From the NCBI GenBank assembly GCA_905178155.1, contig CAJINV010000005.1:1-40822 (forward strand): DNA of 40,822 bases, given 5' to 3'. The translations under genes were made by a program, and so were the position numbers. This DNA comes from Amoebophrya sp. A120 (taxonomy: Eukaryota > Protista > Dinoflagellata). Below the pieces are notes generated by a model. That model was not told the origin of the DNA. It ran no database searches and worked only from the letters and a program-made list of their open reading frames with translations. Below, piece by piece: positions 11,508-23,411 of this stretch; the stretch's first letter is position 1, and every line of letters starts with the position of its first letter.

Positions 11508-12785
11508 TCAGTTCCCGCCTGCAGCTGCATTTTCATGTTGGTCACCGCCTTCCTCGGCAGTTCCCTCCTGCTCTTCGCACGGAAACAACAGCGCCAGGTC
11601 CGTATCCGTTGCGCAGCAGAGGCTTCCCACAAGCGCTTCTTCGGGATCTTCCTCAGGCTCTTCGGCAAGCTCGTCCTTGGCAAGCTTTCCATCGGAAGTT
11701 GAAGGCTCCGCACCTGGGCTAAAAGCGGCCTGACTGGCAGCACAACTTCCCGCCCCGAACGCACTGCGCACGTCTTCGTCTGTTTTCCCTCGCTTTCGCT
11801 GACGAGCCAGCGGGCCGCTGTTTGTTCTGGGGCGCAACAGCAAATTCGATCTGGTTAACCTGCTCGCTGACTGCTCGGAGAGCTCCTCGCTTACTTCATA
11901 GTCGTGGTCTTCTTGGTCGGCGGTCATTTTCTCCTCACTTTCATCATCGTTGTCTGACGTGCAGACGCTGAGGCCGTGCAAAAGCGGACGCGGTTGCTTT
12001 GAAAAGCAGCGCTGCAAATGGTCCTTTGCTTTGCGGAGACTCATGTTGGTGGGAACGACAAGTGGTTGAAAGAGCTCCTCATTGATTTTCACTTGGAACA
12101 GGCTCCCCGTCATGTCGCGCAACTGCAGGTAGCGCACAGGCTCTTCCTCAGTAGCAGCTTCGTCTGGAATAGCTTGCGCTTCAACATCTTTCACGCCAAC
12201 ATGCTCCAATTTATTATTTTTTCCTTTCTTTACTGCAGTCGTCGCCGACGTATCTGTGCCCGGGGTGGTAAGCTCCGCTGACTTAGGCTTTTTAGCATCT
12301 TGCATCAAAATATTGCTCTTAGAAGTGCACTGCTCGGGTGGCGTTCGGACGGCTAGGACACAGACGGCCGCTCGTATACCACAGCATACACTGCTCATGA
12401 CTGCCTTAACTTTCCAGCCCTGGCACGGAGGAAAAAGGAAGGACTCCAGCCACGCTTGCACGCGGTCAGCAGTTTCCATGACATCAAAAAACACGGCGGT
12501 ATCGGGAAAAGAATATCCGTCTTTCGTGTGTCGGTTCATTCCGCCCGACATCGCCTCGGTCAACGCGACGGCGCCAGAACTTTCGACTTTGCGTCTCTTG
12601 CTCTCCTCCTCACCTGCCCGCAAGAGCAAATTATGCCCGACCTGCTCGTCCTCCTTCCGGACCTCCGCAAGCGGAGTGCGAGCACGTGCGTATGCGTTAG
12701 TTAGCCATCGCGCCACTTCATTCTCATCGGCGCACACCACAATTTGAAGTGGAACGCGCCGGGAGGTGATCGCATTCGTTTCCAT
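11508..12785 (-). CDS. Family B paralog B1 (~425 aa), unknown function, split ubiquitin-like domain
   Basis: ORF 11508..12794, first ATG 12785. Motifs PLQIVVC, RVQAWLESFLFPP..GW, VRYLQLRDMTG, SLRKAKDHLQRCF and DPEEALVGSLCCATDTDLALLFP have counterparts in B2 and B3. Confidence 0.85.
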   Translation of the reverse strand: METNAITSRRVPLQIVVCADENEVARWLTNAYARARTPLAEVRKEDEQVGHNLLLRAGEEESKRRKVESSGAVALTEAMSGGMNRHTKDGYSFPDTAVFFDVMETADRVQAWLESFLFPPCQGWKVKAVMSSVCCGIRAAVCVLAVRTPPEQCTSKSNILMQDAKKPKSAELTTPGTDTSATTAVKKGKNNKLEHVGVKDVEAQAIPDEAATEEEPVRYLQLRDMTGSLFQVKINEELFQPLVVPTNMSLRKAKDHLQRCFSKQPRPLLHGLSVCTSDNDDESEEKMTADQEDHDYEVSEELSEQSASRLTRSNLLLRPRTNSGPLARQRKRGKTDEDVRSAFGAGSCAASQAAFSPGAEPSTSDGKLAKDELAEEPEEDPEEALVGSLCCATDTDLALLFPCEEQEGTAEEGGDQHENAAAGGN

Positions 12786-13522
12786 TACCGACAAAGCACA
12801 CAGGCTTTCTTTCTGATGAGGGATGAATTTGAAGATGCCGCTGTGAAGAAAGATCTGCTGAGCCAGAGAAACTTTTGATGTTGCTAAACTGAGAGAGACG
12901 AGACTCGTGTTGATGTTGAGGCGACGGTGGCTGCAGTTGCGCTTACCCTTACACTACTTACATTTATCGACTTCTACTTACAAGACCAAGTTAGTAGTAC
13001 GTTTATTGGGTCTTCTGTTTCCTAGCTCTTGATGTGTTCAAAAAACAAAAGCTCCTTGCTCCACGATTGTGGGAGCTGTTCTCATTCCACGTGGTACTAC
13101 AGCCGAAGTTCTGACTCTGAAGCCAGGATGTTTTTCTGATAACACAGCTGATGATCTGTTAGAGCCCCTTCAGATCTCGAGAAACGGAGCTGCTTGATCA
13201 CGCGGTAGAAGACCTGGCGTACAGATAGAGCAGTCTTTTCGACGCAACGCAGCAATGAATGGCGGACAAACATCGATCATAACAGCAACCGCAATTGTTT
13301 TCTTCAACTCTGGCAAACGTTTCCACGTCGTGTGGGTGTGCTTTGGCACCGACACAAGAGTAAGTCTATATCGCTGTGATGGTTGTGGAGGTGGAGCCTC
13401 GAACTGAGCACCAAGAATCATGGCACTGATGATGCATCCGTGTGGTGTGGCATATCAGTGAAGCTCGAATCTTTGACCTCTTTATGTATTGAATCAGCAA
13501 AAGCGCAAGCGGGCTTCCTTTT

Positions 13523-16500
13523 CTATTTCTTGCACGTTCTAGTTCTGTCGAAAATGTCTTCCTGCAGCAGAAACCGCTTCTCTAAACTATTGCTCCACGC
13601 AGCTACACCTTCCGAGGCCGTTACAACCACCTTTCGGCGCTTCGCTGCGTCTCCTGTGTCTTCTGCGGTTTGATTTTCTGCTGCCCTCTCCTTGTCTGCG
13701 CCGCGAACGTTTTTCGCTGTGTCATCCTGTCCCCGCTGTGATGCAGATGTTGCCTTGTGGTCGCTGCCGCTTCTGGATTTCAACGTAGCCGGCCCCTTGC
13801 TTTCAGTCGTTTTGCTCGCGCCCAAGAGGCTGCCTAATGCTGTACCCCCGGTTGACGTCGGTTCCTTGCAGGCAGCTGCAGATGCAGAGGGCTTCCATCC
13901 GCCACATTCATGGAAGTCCAGGTGGATAGCGGCTCGCATCTGAAAAAATGCGAAGTAATCCCCATGCTGCTTGTACACGCGCCTGCCTCGGTCCGGCCGT
14001 TCTCCAAAAATGGCTCTGTGATAGCGGTTGTGGTTGTTCTTTTTACTGAAACTGAATGCAATCATCATCATCATCTGAATGCAATTCTGATACTTATGAA
14101 AACCAGATATAGAGATCGGAGGTCGTTGTAGCACACTCAGATACGCTTACTCTCTATGGATCCTATGCTGTTGCAGCTAGTGTGAGAAGTGCAGGAATAG
14201 CCAAGCATTAACATCAAGGACGAGCCAAAAACAAATAAACGCCTCCGCTATACTTGTAATCTGCACTGCCAAAGGTGTGGCCCTCAGAGCTTGTAGTCGG
14301 ATCCTGCTGCTTCCGCAGAAGAGTCTGACGACGTATGTCTTCCGCATCAGATTCGGAACTTTCTGTCCATTCTTCTTCCGACTGATAGCTGTCCTCCCTT
14401 TTGTTGTCGAAATTCTTCTGCTGCGCTTCGTCCGGATTTTCCGACCTGATCCGAAAAGCCAGCACCCCCTCGCCGTCGGCAGGCAGGTGCTTCGACCGCG
14501 GCGGCGGTGCTTCCAAGGGTGCGACCCAGATTTCGTTGTCCGGCGCAGCCGTGGGCTGGTACTGCACGCCCAGCGTTTCCAAGTACGCTCGCAAGGCCTG
14601 TCGTGAGGGCCACCGCTTCTTCGAGAGCAACGGCTCGTCGGGATTCCCGTAAGAGACGGGAGGCGGCTTGTGAAGCAGGATCGCGCGTCTCGGCCGGTAA
14701 GCTTCTTCGGCGCGCGCGTTCGCAACTCGCATCATGCGCTCTTTCGGCGACCGGCCAGGCTGGGCGGTAATTGGAGACAACGGCGCAAGGGGAAGCACAT
14801 ACTCCTCCACGGGTCTCAATCTCTCCCCCAGCGGGTCCCTTGTGCGGTTCTCCGTGACTGCTTTCTTATTGCGATACTCCAGCCCGGAAAACGCCGATTG
14901 CCAGTCCTCGGGCAGGCGGATCGAATCCCGTTCGGCGTTGTGTGTTGTACACAAATCCAGTTCCTGCAGATACCAGCGCACCGAAACACGCGCGCCTGCA
15001 AATATGCCCAGCGCAGCAACGAGCTTGTCACGGCTGCTCTGGTGTAAAAACTCCTTTACCTCGTCCTCCGTTGTGAGTGACAACGTCATCGGCGTGGGCG
15101 GAAGCCGCACGCTGTCGGTCTGAACGCACAGCCGGCTGAGGACGCGGACGCACGGCCCGCAAGGAAATTGGTTCACTATCTTGCAACGGAAGTCCCCGTC
15201 CAACAGCTCGGAATGCTGCAGCTGCCCCGGACTCGTCGGAAAGACGAGGGTCCATGCGAAATCAGTCGCGGCAAGGAAGTCGTCGTGCTTCAGCTCGGTC
15301 ATACGGGGATTTGCTTCCAGGTGGTGACTTTCGAAGAACCGGCACGAGAGCGGAAACAACAGCTCATCCGCAGTAAACGGAGACTCGTAAAAATCGGAGT
15401 CGCGTTCGTCTTCAACTTCACGGCTTCTGCGACCGCCTAAAATCAAGTGTCTCGCCGTGCAAACAAACGCGTTGTATTGTTCTTCTCCGGTCGTGAGGAA
15501 GTCAATCTCGGGCAACCTCTCCATCCCCGAGGAAAGCTCAGCATCGTCATTGCTTCCACCCACCGCCTGCAGCCGACCTTCGTTCTGTGCATCTTCTGGC
15601 GGGCCAGTTGCTGCGGGTCGTTGCCCAAACTCGTCCTCCACAAAGGCTGTCGCCATCGCGCGACTGTAAATTTGTTTTCTGCGCTGGCGCGTTTCTTCTT
15701 GCTGCGCTGCGATATGTTCTGGGACTAAGAAGTCACACAAGGACCGGGGGGCCCGAGAAGCGTGGACCACGGGCGGATATCGGTTTTCGGAGAAATAACA
15801 CCGTTTGCCGGTTTCGAAAAAGTTGTGCAGCATGCTCGTCGACCAAAAAAAGGTAAGCGCGTCCAGCAATTCTAGGCGCACCTGCAGCGGGCACCGGTGC
15901 CGTGGGTTCCGGCAGTTAACCTTCATACCCAAAGCCTTTTCCAACTGCTGTCGCTGCCCTTCCGGCTCGTCGTAGCGGCTGCTTTGGGACTTCGCCTTTC
16001 CACCATGGCCCACGTGCCACGGCGTCCGCGGCGCAAGGAAGTCCACGTATGCATATGCAAACATGTCTGGGCCGTGGACGGGTCCGAGTTTGTCACGCTA
16101 AGTCTGGTCGACCTCGACGCAGAGCTCTATCAGAAGTGGCCACCCTTGGGCGTCAGTCCTCGAAGACAACATTTCTCATGCAGGATACGCAGCGAGGAGC
16201 CCTCTCGCCAAAACTTGTGATGCTAGAGCCCGCAAGTCAGCCCGTCTATGTCATGCAGAACATAGAGCGCAAGTCTTGCAATCTTCCAACCAGGAGACCC
16301 ACACCCAGTCGCAGACATATTTGCAACGCATACCGCGTCCTCCTTCACTAATTCAAATTTTTCCGCTACGGTGTTGGTCGCACGATTCAGCTCACACTCC
16401 AGGGTCTGCTCCAAGTAATTTATGCGATTTGCCCGTCTGTGCTTAAATGCCAGCTGATCCACCGTCGGAGAAAGCCACGGAAGTCCTTTGCCCGGAGCGA

Positions 16501-19500
16501 ACGGATGTTCTTTTTCGTGAAAAGCGTGGTCGCCCAGCATCTGCTGCATTTCGTCGAAGTCAGGAATATTCACCCGTGACGCGAACGGCGGGACCTGCAG
16601 CTCCAACATACCTGCTAGCCCCATGTCAATTCTGTGACGCGTTGGGAAAGGGTCGTCTACGTTGCTGTCGGTTTCGGTCGTGTAACTCGTTTCATTCTCA
16701 GGGCCTAACTGCGAAGCCTTCTCATCCAGCGGTCTTCTCGCTTCCTCGCTTGTCCTGCTTTTTTTCAGTTTCTTCCTGCAGGCTTGTGCGGACGCGCTTA
16801 TCACAAAGGAGCTGCAGTTTTCGCCTTCAAGGCCGTACGCATGATCCTGCTTCGCATAAACAGGAAAGTTGCGAAACAAGAAGGACTGCATACCGCAACA
16901 CTTGTCATCGCCTTGCTCGACGTTTGGAAGATTAAAATCCCGCAAGTCGTAGCGAGCATTCTTTTCATTAGCCGCGTTGCGCACAAACTTATCACACAGA
17001 AAAAAGCTAGCACACACAACACAGTACTTCTGTGCGAATTGAAATAGACAAACACGATGAAAAATCAAAATCTGCTATGGGCCGCGGCAGCATAGGATTC
17101 TGCTTGGGCTATGCGACGCAGATACAGACTTTTGTGCACTTATTCTCTTTTGCGTCACAAATGTGAGATGCCAGCTTTTATCCCCAGGATAGACTTCGTA
17201 ATTTGCCCACTGCTCGTCGATGGTGTCTCGCTTGCTCGCATCAGCTCGATGAAGCGTCGACTCGCTCGCGCTTTCCCGAATCTGGTCACGTGACGAGTCC
17301 TTGCTGCGATTGACGTTTATTTTTTTGTCCGTATGACCTTCCTTCTGGAGCGCAGCAGCCCGAGACGAAGATCCGAGGGCGGATGTACCTATCGGCCGCT
17401 GATTGGCGACGCTGGCGCCCCGCCCGGTAGATGCACTGCATGCACCCTGCTCATTGTCCGACGCGACGGCACTACTTACCAGGAGATCCGCTGCACTGAC
17501 GCATCCGCTCGCGAAGTCTTCTAAGTCCGCCACGGTAGAACGGAAAACATCTTGACTCCTGCTGCTGCCGCAGGAAAATTTAGAATCGAAATCCTCGAGC
17601 GCCGTGGGACTCAAGTCATAGTGCAGCGGAACGGAGGCATCACAGGGAACGGTCTGCGCCCGCGAGCCCAGCACTGCTGCAAGCTCGCCGTGTTTTTTCC
17701 TGGATTTTGCAGTTTCCAACTGCTCCCCGCTGTGGGGAGCGCACAGCCGCCAACGCGTGGGCGGAAGACAGTCTAATGCACGCACATCTGCGCAACGCAT
17801 TCTCCAGGGGCCCTCCTCCACGTCGACGGTCGACACGAAGTGCGGATAGAGGCGGAGAGGAGCAGCAGCAAAAAGATTCATGGGGAAAAGCCGGTAGGAT
17901 TGCTTGGTCTTTGTCCCTTTGGCCCGGCCAGCAGCGCGCACAGATGAGAGCTGCTGCTGGCTTCCCAACCGTTGCGCTATGATATCCTACAGAAAAGCAC
18001 GCTTGTTCACCCATAGCGGAAACAAAAAGCCTATAGCTTTCGTGTGACAACTAAGACTAGCGAAGCGTCTTCGTGGCTGCTCGGCATGACAAACTTTTAC
18101 GCTAGTTCTCGGAGTCCGATCGCAATCCCAATCGCCTCACCGCATTAAATCTAAAAGCTGCACTCTGCATGAAAAAAGCCTACTTCTCTCGTGGTCTCCG
18201 CACTACGGGGCTCTCAACGATACCACCAACCTAAGAGCACACTTCGACCTTCGTGATGTGGGCGCTGTGCTTTTCTGCAAAATAGATGACGCACTTTGCT
18301 ATCAGCTTGTCGTCGCCGATCAGGTTTTCCACCTGGTGTCTTCTCAGCGGGTTCTCTGGTGCGTCACTGCGGAGCGGAAACAGCATCATGTTGGAATACT
18401 GTTCGTAGGACGGGAAGAGCAGCGCGCCGCCGTTTGGCAGGAAGGCGGGGGAGTCCCAGAGCCGCTGAAGGTCCTTGCGAAGCCGCGTGCCGAGCGCACT
18501 GTTGTGAGATCGGTCGGAGCCGCGCGCCTCGGTACTCAGGACCCACTCTGAACAGTCGAACTCAAAGGCCTGATCCGCTAAAACTGTAGGAGAGTCCGGG
18601 TCCAATCCGAGGATCTGCAGGCGCTGTTGCTCTACTGCGACGAGAAGCTGCTGCAAATCAAGTGTTTCCATATAAAAGGGATGGCGCGCTATCCCGGTTT
18701 CTGGCGTTCGGTCAAACTCCCTGGCCAATTCTTCTGTATTCACACCAGCCGGCGTCGAGATTTCAAGAACTTCCTTGCGCAGCAGGGAAAGTCTGTCGCA
18801 CAAGGGGGTGGCGCGCTTTCGCAAAATGCGAAACACCGCGACGAGGCAATGTCCCTCCAGGCCTTTCTTGCCTGGCCGTAACGCTGAGAGCGCGAACTCC
18901 GCACCGCGAACCACCGCAACGCAATGCAAACTCCGAGCGCCAACATCAGCGGGACAACATGACCGCGAGTCGGCTGCTGCACCTCCATCGATTTCCTTAG
19001 TGGTGCCCGGACCTCCTCCATCGACTTCTTCAGCAGCGTCGCCTCCGCGTTCTGCCGGACACTCCTCAAAACTGCTGCTATGACGCTCTGCCGATTTTTG
19101 CCTTGCTTGGTCCGGAGGAAACAATACGGGCCCAACCTCTCTCTCCGCTAAACCAATGGGAAGCCACCGATCAACCAACGCTGCTGCTTCCGGTTCCGTC
19201 TTTACCCCAGCAGGCGCGCACACCGTGTCACTCCACCCAACTTTCACTTTTTCGACGCAGCGCCCTGCGCTGATTTTTGCGGTTTGCTTTGTTTCGTCCA
19301 TGTGCAGCCCACGGCTCTTATACCAGGCTCCCGGCAAGAAAACGAGCAGAGTTCCGGCTGTGCGCTTCGTGACGTCTTCTACGGCCCGCAGTACATCATA
19401 GTCTGGCTCCATGGGTCGATCTTCGTGATCTAGAACTCGCGTGGACCGAAATTTCCCCAACTCAGTTCGCCCTGGGTTTTTTCGAAGATCCAGCGCCCTC

Positions 19501-20896
19501 CTGGGCCCCGCCGTGCTTCCATTTTCATTTTCGGTCGCCGAGCTATTCTCTATCACCTCCTCCGGAAGCGCGGCGTGGCGGCCGACGCGATTCGCATACC
19601 CGCTTCTTTGTGCTCGGTACTCTGCAACCTCGTCGTCCGATTTGGTGCCGTCCTCGTCCCGGTTGTGCAGGTACCTCTCGGCCCACCCCTGCGACTTCAC
19701 CAAACCAGAACCCCGAGGGCCAACTCCTTTCGCCGCAGCGCCGGCTTCCTTCTCTGGAATTGCGGTGCCCGACCTCAATGTCGAAGCGGGAGGCATCTCG
19801 TCCTGATGCGGCATCTCCTCCTCCCCCTGTTCCCCACCACCGTCCAGCCGTGCAAACTGCAACTCGACGGGAAAGGGAAGCTGCAGCTGCGTCTGCAGAT
19901 CCTCGCATACTTTCAGCTCAGTCAATAGTTGCGTCAGACTTTTGTCTGTGCCGTCACGGTCGCGGCAGCGGACATCGACGTCGTTCCTGCCGAGCGACCT
20001 CGTTAAGAGATGCTCTTCAACCGGCTCACTGTGCACCTGGGAACGAAGCTTGTAGTTACACGACACGTCGTCGTCCGACTCGTAGTCCTCGTCGTAGACT
20101 TCATGATAGGCTTTGAGAGAGAGGCCGGGCGGCAGAGTGGCAGGCAGAAAGGGCCGAGCACTGATGTTTTTAGAGCGTCGGGCGCGTGAGTAAAGGTTGT
20201 CGTCGATAGCGGTCAGCAGCCTGCGGTCAATCCTCTTCATTTGTCGAAAAAGTGGGCCCAGTCGCTGGACCTGGTCGCGACGGATCACGCCTTCGACGAA
20301 ATGGCGCACCTGCCGTTCCGGCGCACGGGCCTTGGCCCGTTCATCGACCCAGTAACCTGTCGCGTTTAGCACATAAACTGGATTCTTAACCCGCTCGCTC
20401 TCGGCCTCAGCTAGACGATCCGTCACGCGCTTGCGTCGCTGCTGTACTTCAGGGGCGGCCCCATGGAGAAGCTTTGCCAACGGTGGCCGCGCGATCTCGA
20501 ACTCCTCGCTGGTCTTGCTTACCTTCACGCGGGGCGGACTGGGCAACTCCACCCGGAAAGTCGCAAAGAACGTTTTTCCCGCCCCGCGAAGAGTGCGCTC
20601 CAACAAAGCAACGCCGGCGTCTGTCGTGAGCGGCGACTCCTTCCCATTCTCCGGCGTTGGCAGGAAGTCGCGCAGATCGCCTTTCTCGTAGGCGTATGCA
20701 GTGCAAATAATGCGTCTGGCTCTGGGGAGATGCAAAAAGCTAGCCCGCTAGCACAGCGCGACGCAAAGAACAGTCTTGCAGGAACGGAAAAATCTAACCG
20801 CTTTTCTTGGTCACACGGGAACAAGGGGCTTTTTGCTCATGCACGATAGCCCTCGGGCAGCTGCTGCAAGACCCGGCACGATTCTAGGGCATGCAT
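13523..20896 (-). CDS. Family A paralog A2 (~2,070 aa), multi-exon
   Basis: Five consecutive minus ORFs (18231..20735, 17075..17968, 16223..17068, 14214..16064, 13523..14134) carry the A1 motifs in order. Hand model: exons 20896-20891, 20729-18286, 17978-17146, 16959-16334, 16046-14254 and 14045-13523, total 6225 nt, divisible by 3. The start exon is tentative. Confidence 0.8.
14046..14253 (-). other. Canonical phase-2 GT-AG last intron of A2
   Basis: AA|GTATAG...TTTCAG|T AAA joins ORF 14214..16064 to the frame of 13523..14134. An alternative in-frame acceptor ends at 14052. Confidence 0.65.
16047..16333 (-). mobile_element. Introner-like GT...AC intron with 22-bp terminal stem (A2)
   Basis: Arms 16047-16069 gtatgcatatgcaaacatgtctg and 16312-16333 cagacatatttgcaacgcatac. 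In-frame junction LVKEDA|VDFLAPR. Confidence 0.78.
16960..17145 (-). other. Intron in A2, ends uncertain (AAAAGA direct repeat; internal 9-bp IR)
   Basis: An in-frame TAG at 17077-17075 must be removed. Direct repeat at 17146-17151 and 16960-16965; IR at 17131-17139 and 16979-16987. Confidence 0.5.
17979..18285 (-). mobile_element. Introner-like intron with 18-bp terminal stem and TCAT direct repeat (A2)
   Basis: Arms 17983-18000 and 18267-18284; sense TCAT at 18289-18286 and 17982-17979. Removal gives DKLIAKCVIAQRLG, gap-free against A1 DKLFARSLNAQRLG. Confidence 0.75.
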
Positions 20897-21938
20897 ATTA
20901 CCAGATCCTCTTGGTCAAGCGAAGCCCGAATGGATTGCTGCAAACATCGGCTCTCTTCCAGATCTAGACATATTAAGTTGCACTTGAAGTTGATAAGGCG
21001 AATTGAAAATGCTGACGCTCGTGCGGCGGTGGACCGTCCGGGTCGTGCGAGGCCTCCGAGTCGCTCATGATCTTGAAAAATAATCGCAAGCAAAGTGGAA
21101 TAAGAAACTGTCAATCAATGTGATCAACGCCAGGCACATTATCTGGCTCTCATCTAAGCGCCGCGCCCACGAAAGAACTTGAGCGCCCTCTTATCTTTAT
21201 GGAAATGCATTTGCGATTCATTGTGCTCACAACATCTGAACGAAGCAGCATCATGACGAGACAAAAACGCTAGCTATATTTCTGATAAAGTGCATAAGTA
21301 CAAAAAAGCTATCTCGAGACGCACAGGCACTTTTTTCTTGCTTCAAGATGAATTACGATGGTTCGAGCATCGGGATCGGAACCCTTTGAAAGTTACGCAG
21401 GTGCAAAATCGCAACGAATCGCGACAAGATCCATCAATGCCACCATGATCATCAACTTCAATCAATGGACAAATATCAGGATCCGTTGAAAATGTTGATC
21501 ATGGTCCAGCCACCTCGCCGCAAACAAAAGATCCAAGTGCTTATCTCGTTTTGGGACACCAGCACCTGAGGAATGATGGCTGTGGCATGGAAGATCGGTA
21601 TATGAAGGGTCATGAGCTGCTGGTGATTCGTCCCCGAGTACAGATCTGCGCTACATCTACAGCTGACTCGCTGATGCTGATCTCAAAGAGTAAGAGGCAC
21701 ACTTTCCAGATAGAATGAAAAGGAACAGAACAAATACAAACCAGAGCTCCTGCATAATGACAATGAGCTGTCATCTTTCTCCCGAAGGTAATATGGAAAC
21801 GCGTACTATGTCGCAACCGAAGCCCATCTCTACCACCAACCAGTGCGTATTCCAAAAATGATAGAAGCAAAGTCGTCCCTTTGAGTGAATACCAATACGT
21901 TTGACCAATTCGCAGCATTATCCTCCTCGCTAGTCAAT

Positions 21939-23411
21939 CTAATCTCCAGCGCCATCCTGCTCTTGTTCCGTCTCCTCACGAGGGAAAAGCAGTGCGATCT
22001 CGGTATCACTAGAACAAACCAGCTCCTCGATCAGCGCTTCGTCTGGATCTGGTGGCGCACCGGGGGCACAAGCAGCAGCGTTGTCTCTTTTGCTTGCCGA
22101 AGACCGAGTTCCTTCATCGGCCGATCTCTCATTCTCTTTGCTTGATGCAGCTGACGCCGCACCTTCTGCAGTAAAGACCCGCGCCCTCTTATTTCCATGG
22201 GAAGCAAGAGCGCCCGGCTTGGCGAGGGACTGCGTGCCTTTATCTTGGCTCGGGCGGGTTTTCTTCATCTTCTTCGACTCGCCAGGCGAAGACGAGCGGC
22301 GTTTCAAAGAAGATTTGGCTTCGGCGTCGCTGAAAAAGTTCACTTCGTCAAAATCCGAAAACGTCTCCCCTGCTGCGTCTCCGTCCTGCTCGTCTTCGTC
22401 GCAGGACGTAGAACTCGTTTGCAAGCGGTGGAACAGAAACTTTGTGCTTCTGTATATGTGCTGTCCTAGCTGCTCTTTCACCGTGCGAAGCTTCAAGTGG
22501 GTTGGCACTAGTAGTGGCAGGGCGTGATCTTCTTCGTCGCTCGTCGCCTTCAAAAAAAACTGATGGCCCGCCATGTCGACTACATTCAAATACCGCATCT
22601 CTTCGCTTTCCTCTGAATTCTCAGGCTGCGAGCCGGCTGGCACCGACGAAGATGATTTTTGCGCCGAGCTTTCCGCAGTCCGGGGTCTCTTTCGTGAGGA
22701 CGTTGCGGCTGCGTTCCTTTGCTCGTCAGGAATTCTGGTCGCCCCTTTTGCGACATCTTCTGGGGCGGTCGACGCAGCGGCTATTTCCGAACTGGCGAGC
22801 TCGATGGAATTTGTCTGCAACTTGCTTGGTTTTTTGTCCCCATCGCAAACGGAGGAAGATGACGATGGCGATTCCTTGCGCGGTTTGCGTTCTGACATGG
22901 TACTGCCCGCTGCAGCATCTTCACAGTCTGGTGCTGAATCTGAGTCCCGCGAGGACGCTGCGCTAGCTATCTTCGTCCTACTGGGCAACAGAACCGCGCA
23001 CAGAGTCAAGCGTCCGCGCGGCGAAGTGCAGAGCAGGTCCCTCAGTTCCCAATCGCTGTGTTGTGGTGGAACGACGTAGGTCTGCAGCCATTCCGTGACC
23101 TTTTTCTCAACCGCATAAGTACCGTAATCGAACAGGACGTGACTCTTGAAATCCAGCTCGAAATCCCGCGCTTTGCTCAGTGTCTCCGTCGCAGGTGTGT
23201 GGCTTCCCTCGACGTCTGGTGTGTCGATGTCTTCTGGCTTCACTTCCTCGCCAGAAGCATCCTGCTTGACAACTCTTACCAACGGCAGCTGGGCGAGCTC
23301 GCGCGGCGTTTTCGCGAGTGCCTCTTCCATCGTATTGCACACGAGGATCTGGAGCGGGAGGTAAAGGTCCTCCAGGGTTGGCTTCCGAATGTGGGCATAC
23401 CGGTCTTCCAT
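21939..23411 (-). CDS. Family B paralog B2 (490 aa)
   Basis: Single ATG ORF with PLQILVC, KVTEWLQTYVVPP..DW, MRYLNVVDMAG, LRTVKEQLGQHIY and DPDEALIEELVCSSDTEIALLFP. Confidence 0.88.
   Translation of the reverse strand: MEDRYAHIRKPTLEDLYLPLQILVCNTMEEALAKTPRELAQLPLVRVVKQDASGEEVKPEDIDTPDVEGSHTPATETLSKARDFELDFKSHVLFDYGTYAVEKKVTEWLQTYVVPPQHSDWELRDLLCTSPRGRLTLCAVLLPSRTKIASAASSRDSDSAPDCEDAAAGSTMSERKPRKESPSSSSSVCDGDKKPSKLQTNSIELASSEIAAASTAPEDVAKGATRIPDEQRNAAATSSRKRPRTAESSAQKSSSSVPAGSQPENSEESEEMRYLNVVDMAGHQFFLKATSDEEDHALPLLVPTHLKLRTVKEQLGQHIYRSTKFLFHRLQTSSTSCDEDEQDGDAAGETFSDFDEVNFFSDAEAKSSLKRRSSSPGESKKMKKTRPSQDKGTQSLAKPGALASHGNKRARVFTAEGAASAASSKENERSADEGTRSSASKRDNAAACAPGAPPDPDEALIEELVCSSDTEIALLFPREETEQEQDGAGD

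Noticed and set aside
14052-14085. ctgaatgcaat duplicated around (cat)4
   Set aside because: A small slippage-type duplication inside an intron; at most it adds alternative acceptors.
13523-20735. Interpreting the fragmented A2, A3 and A4 ORFs as pseudogenes or as separate genes
   Set aside because: The breaks coincide with intron-sized inserts whose removal restores one continuous frame with all motifs in order.
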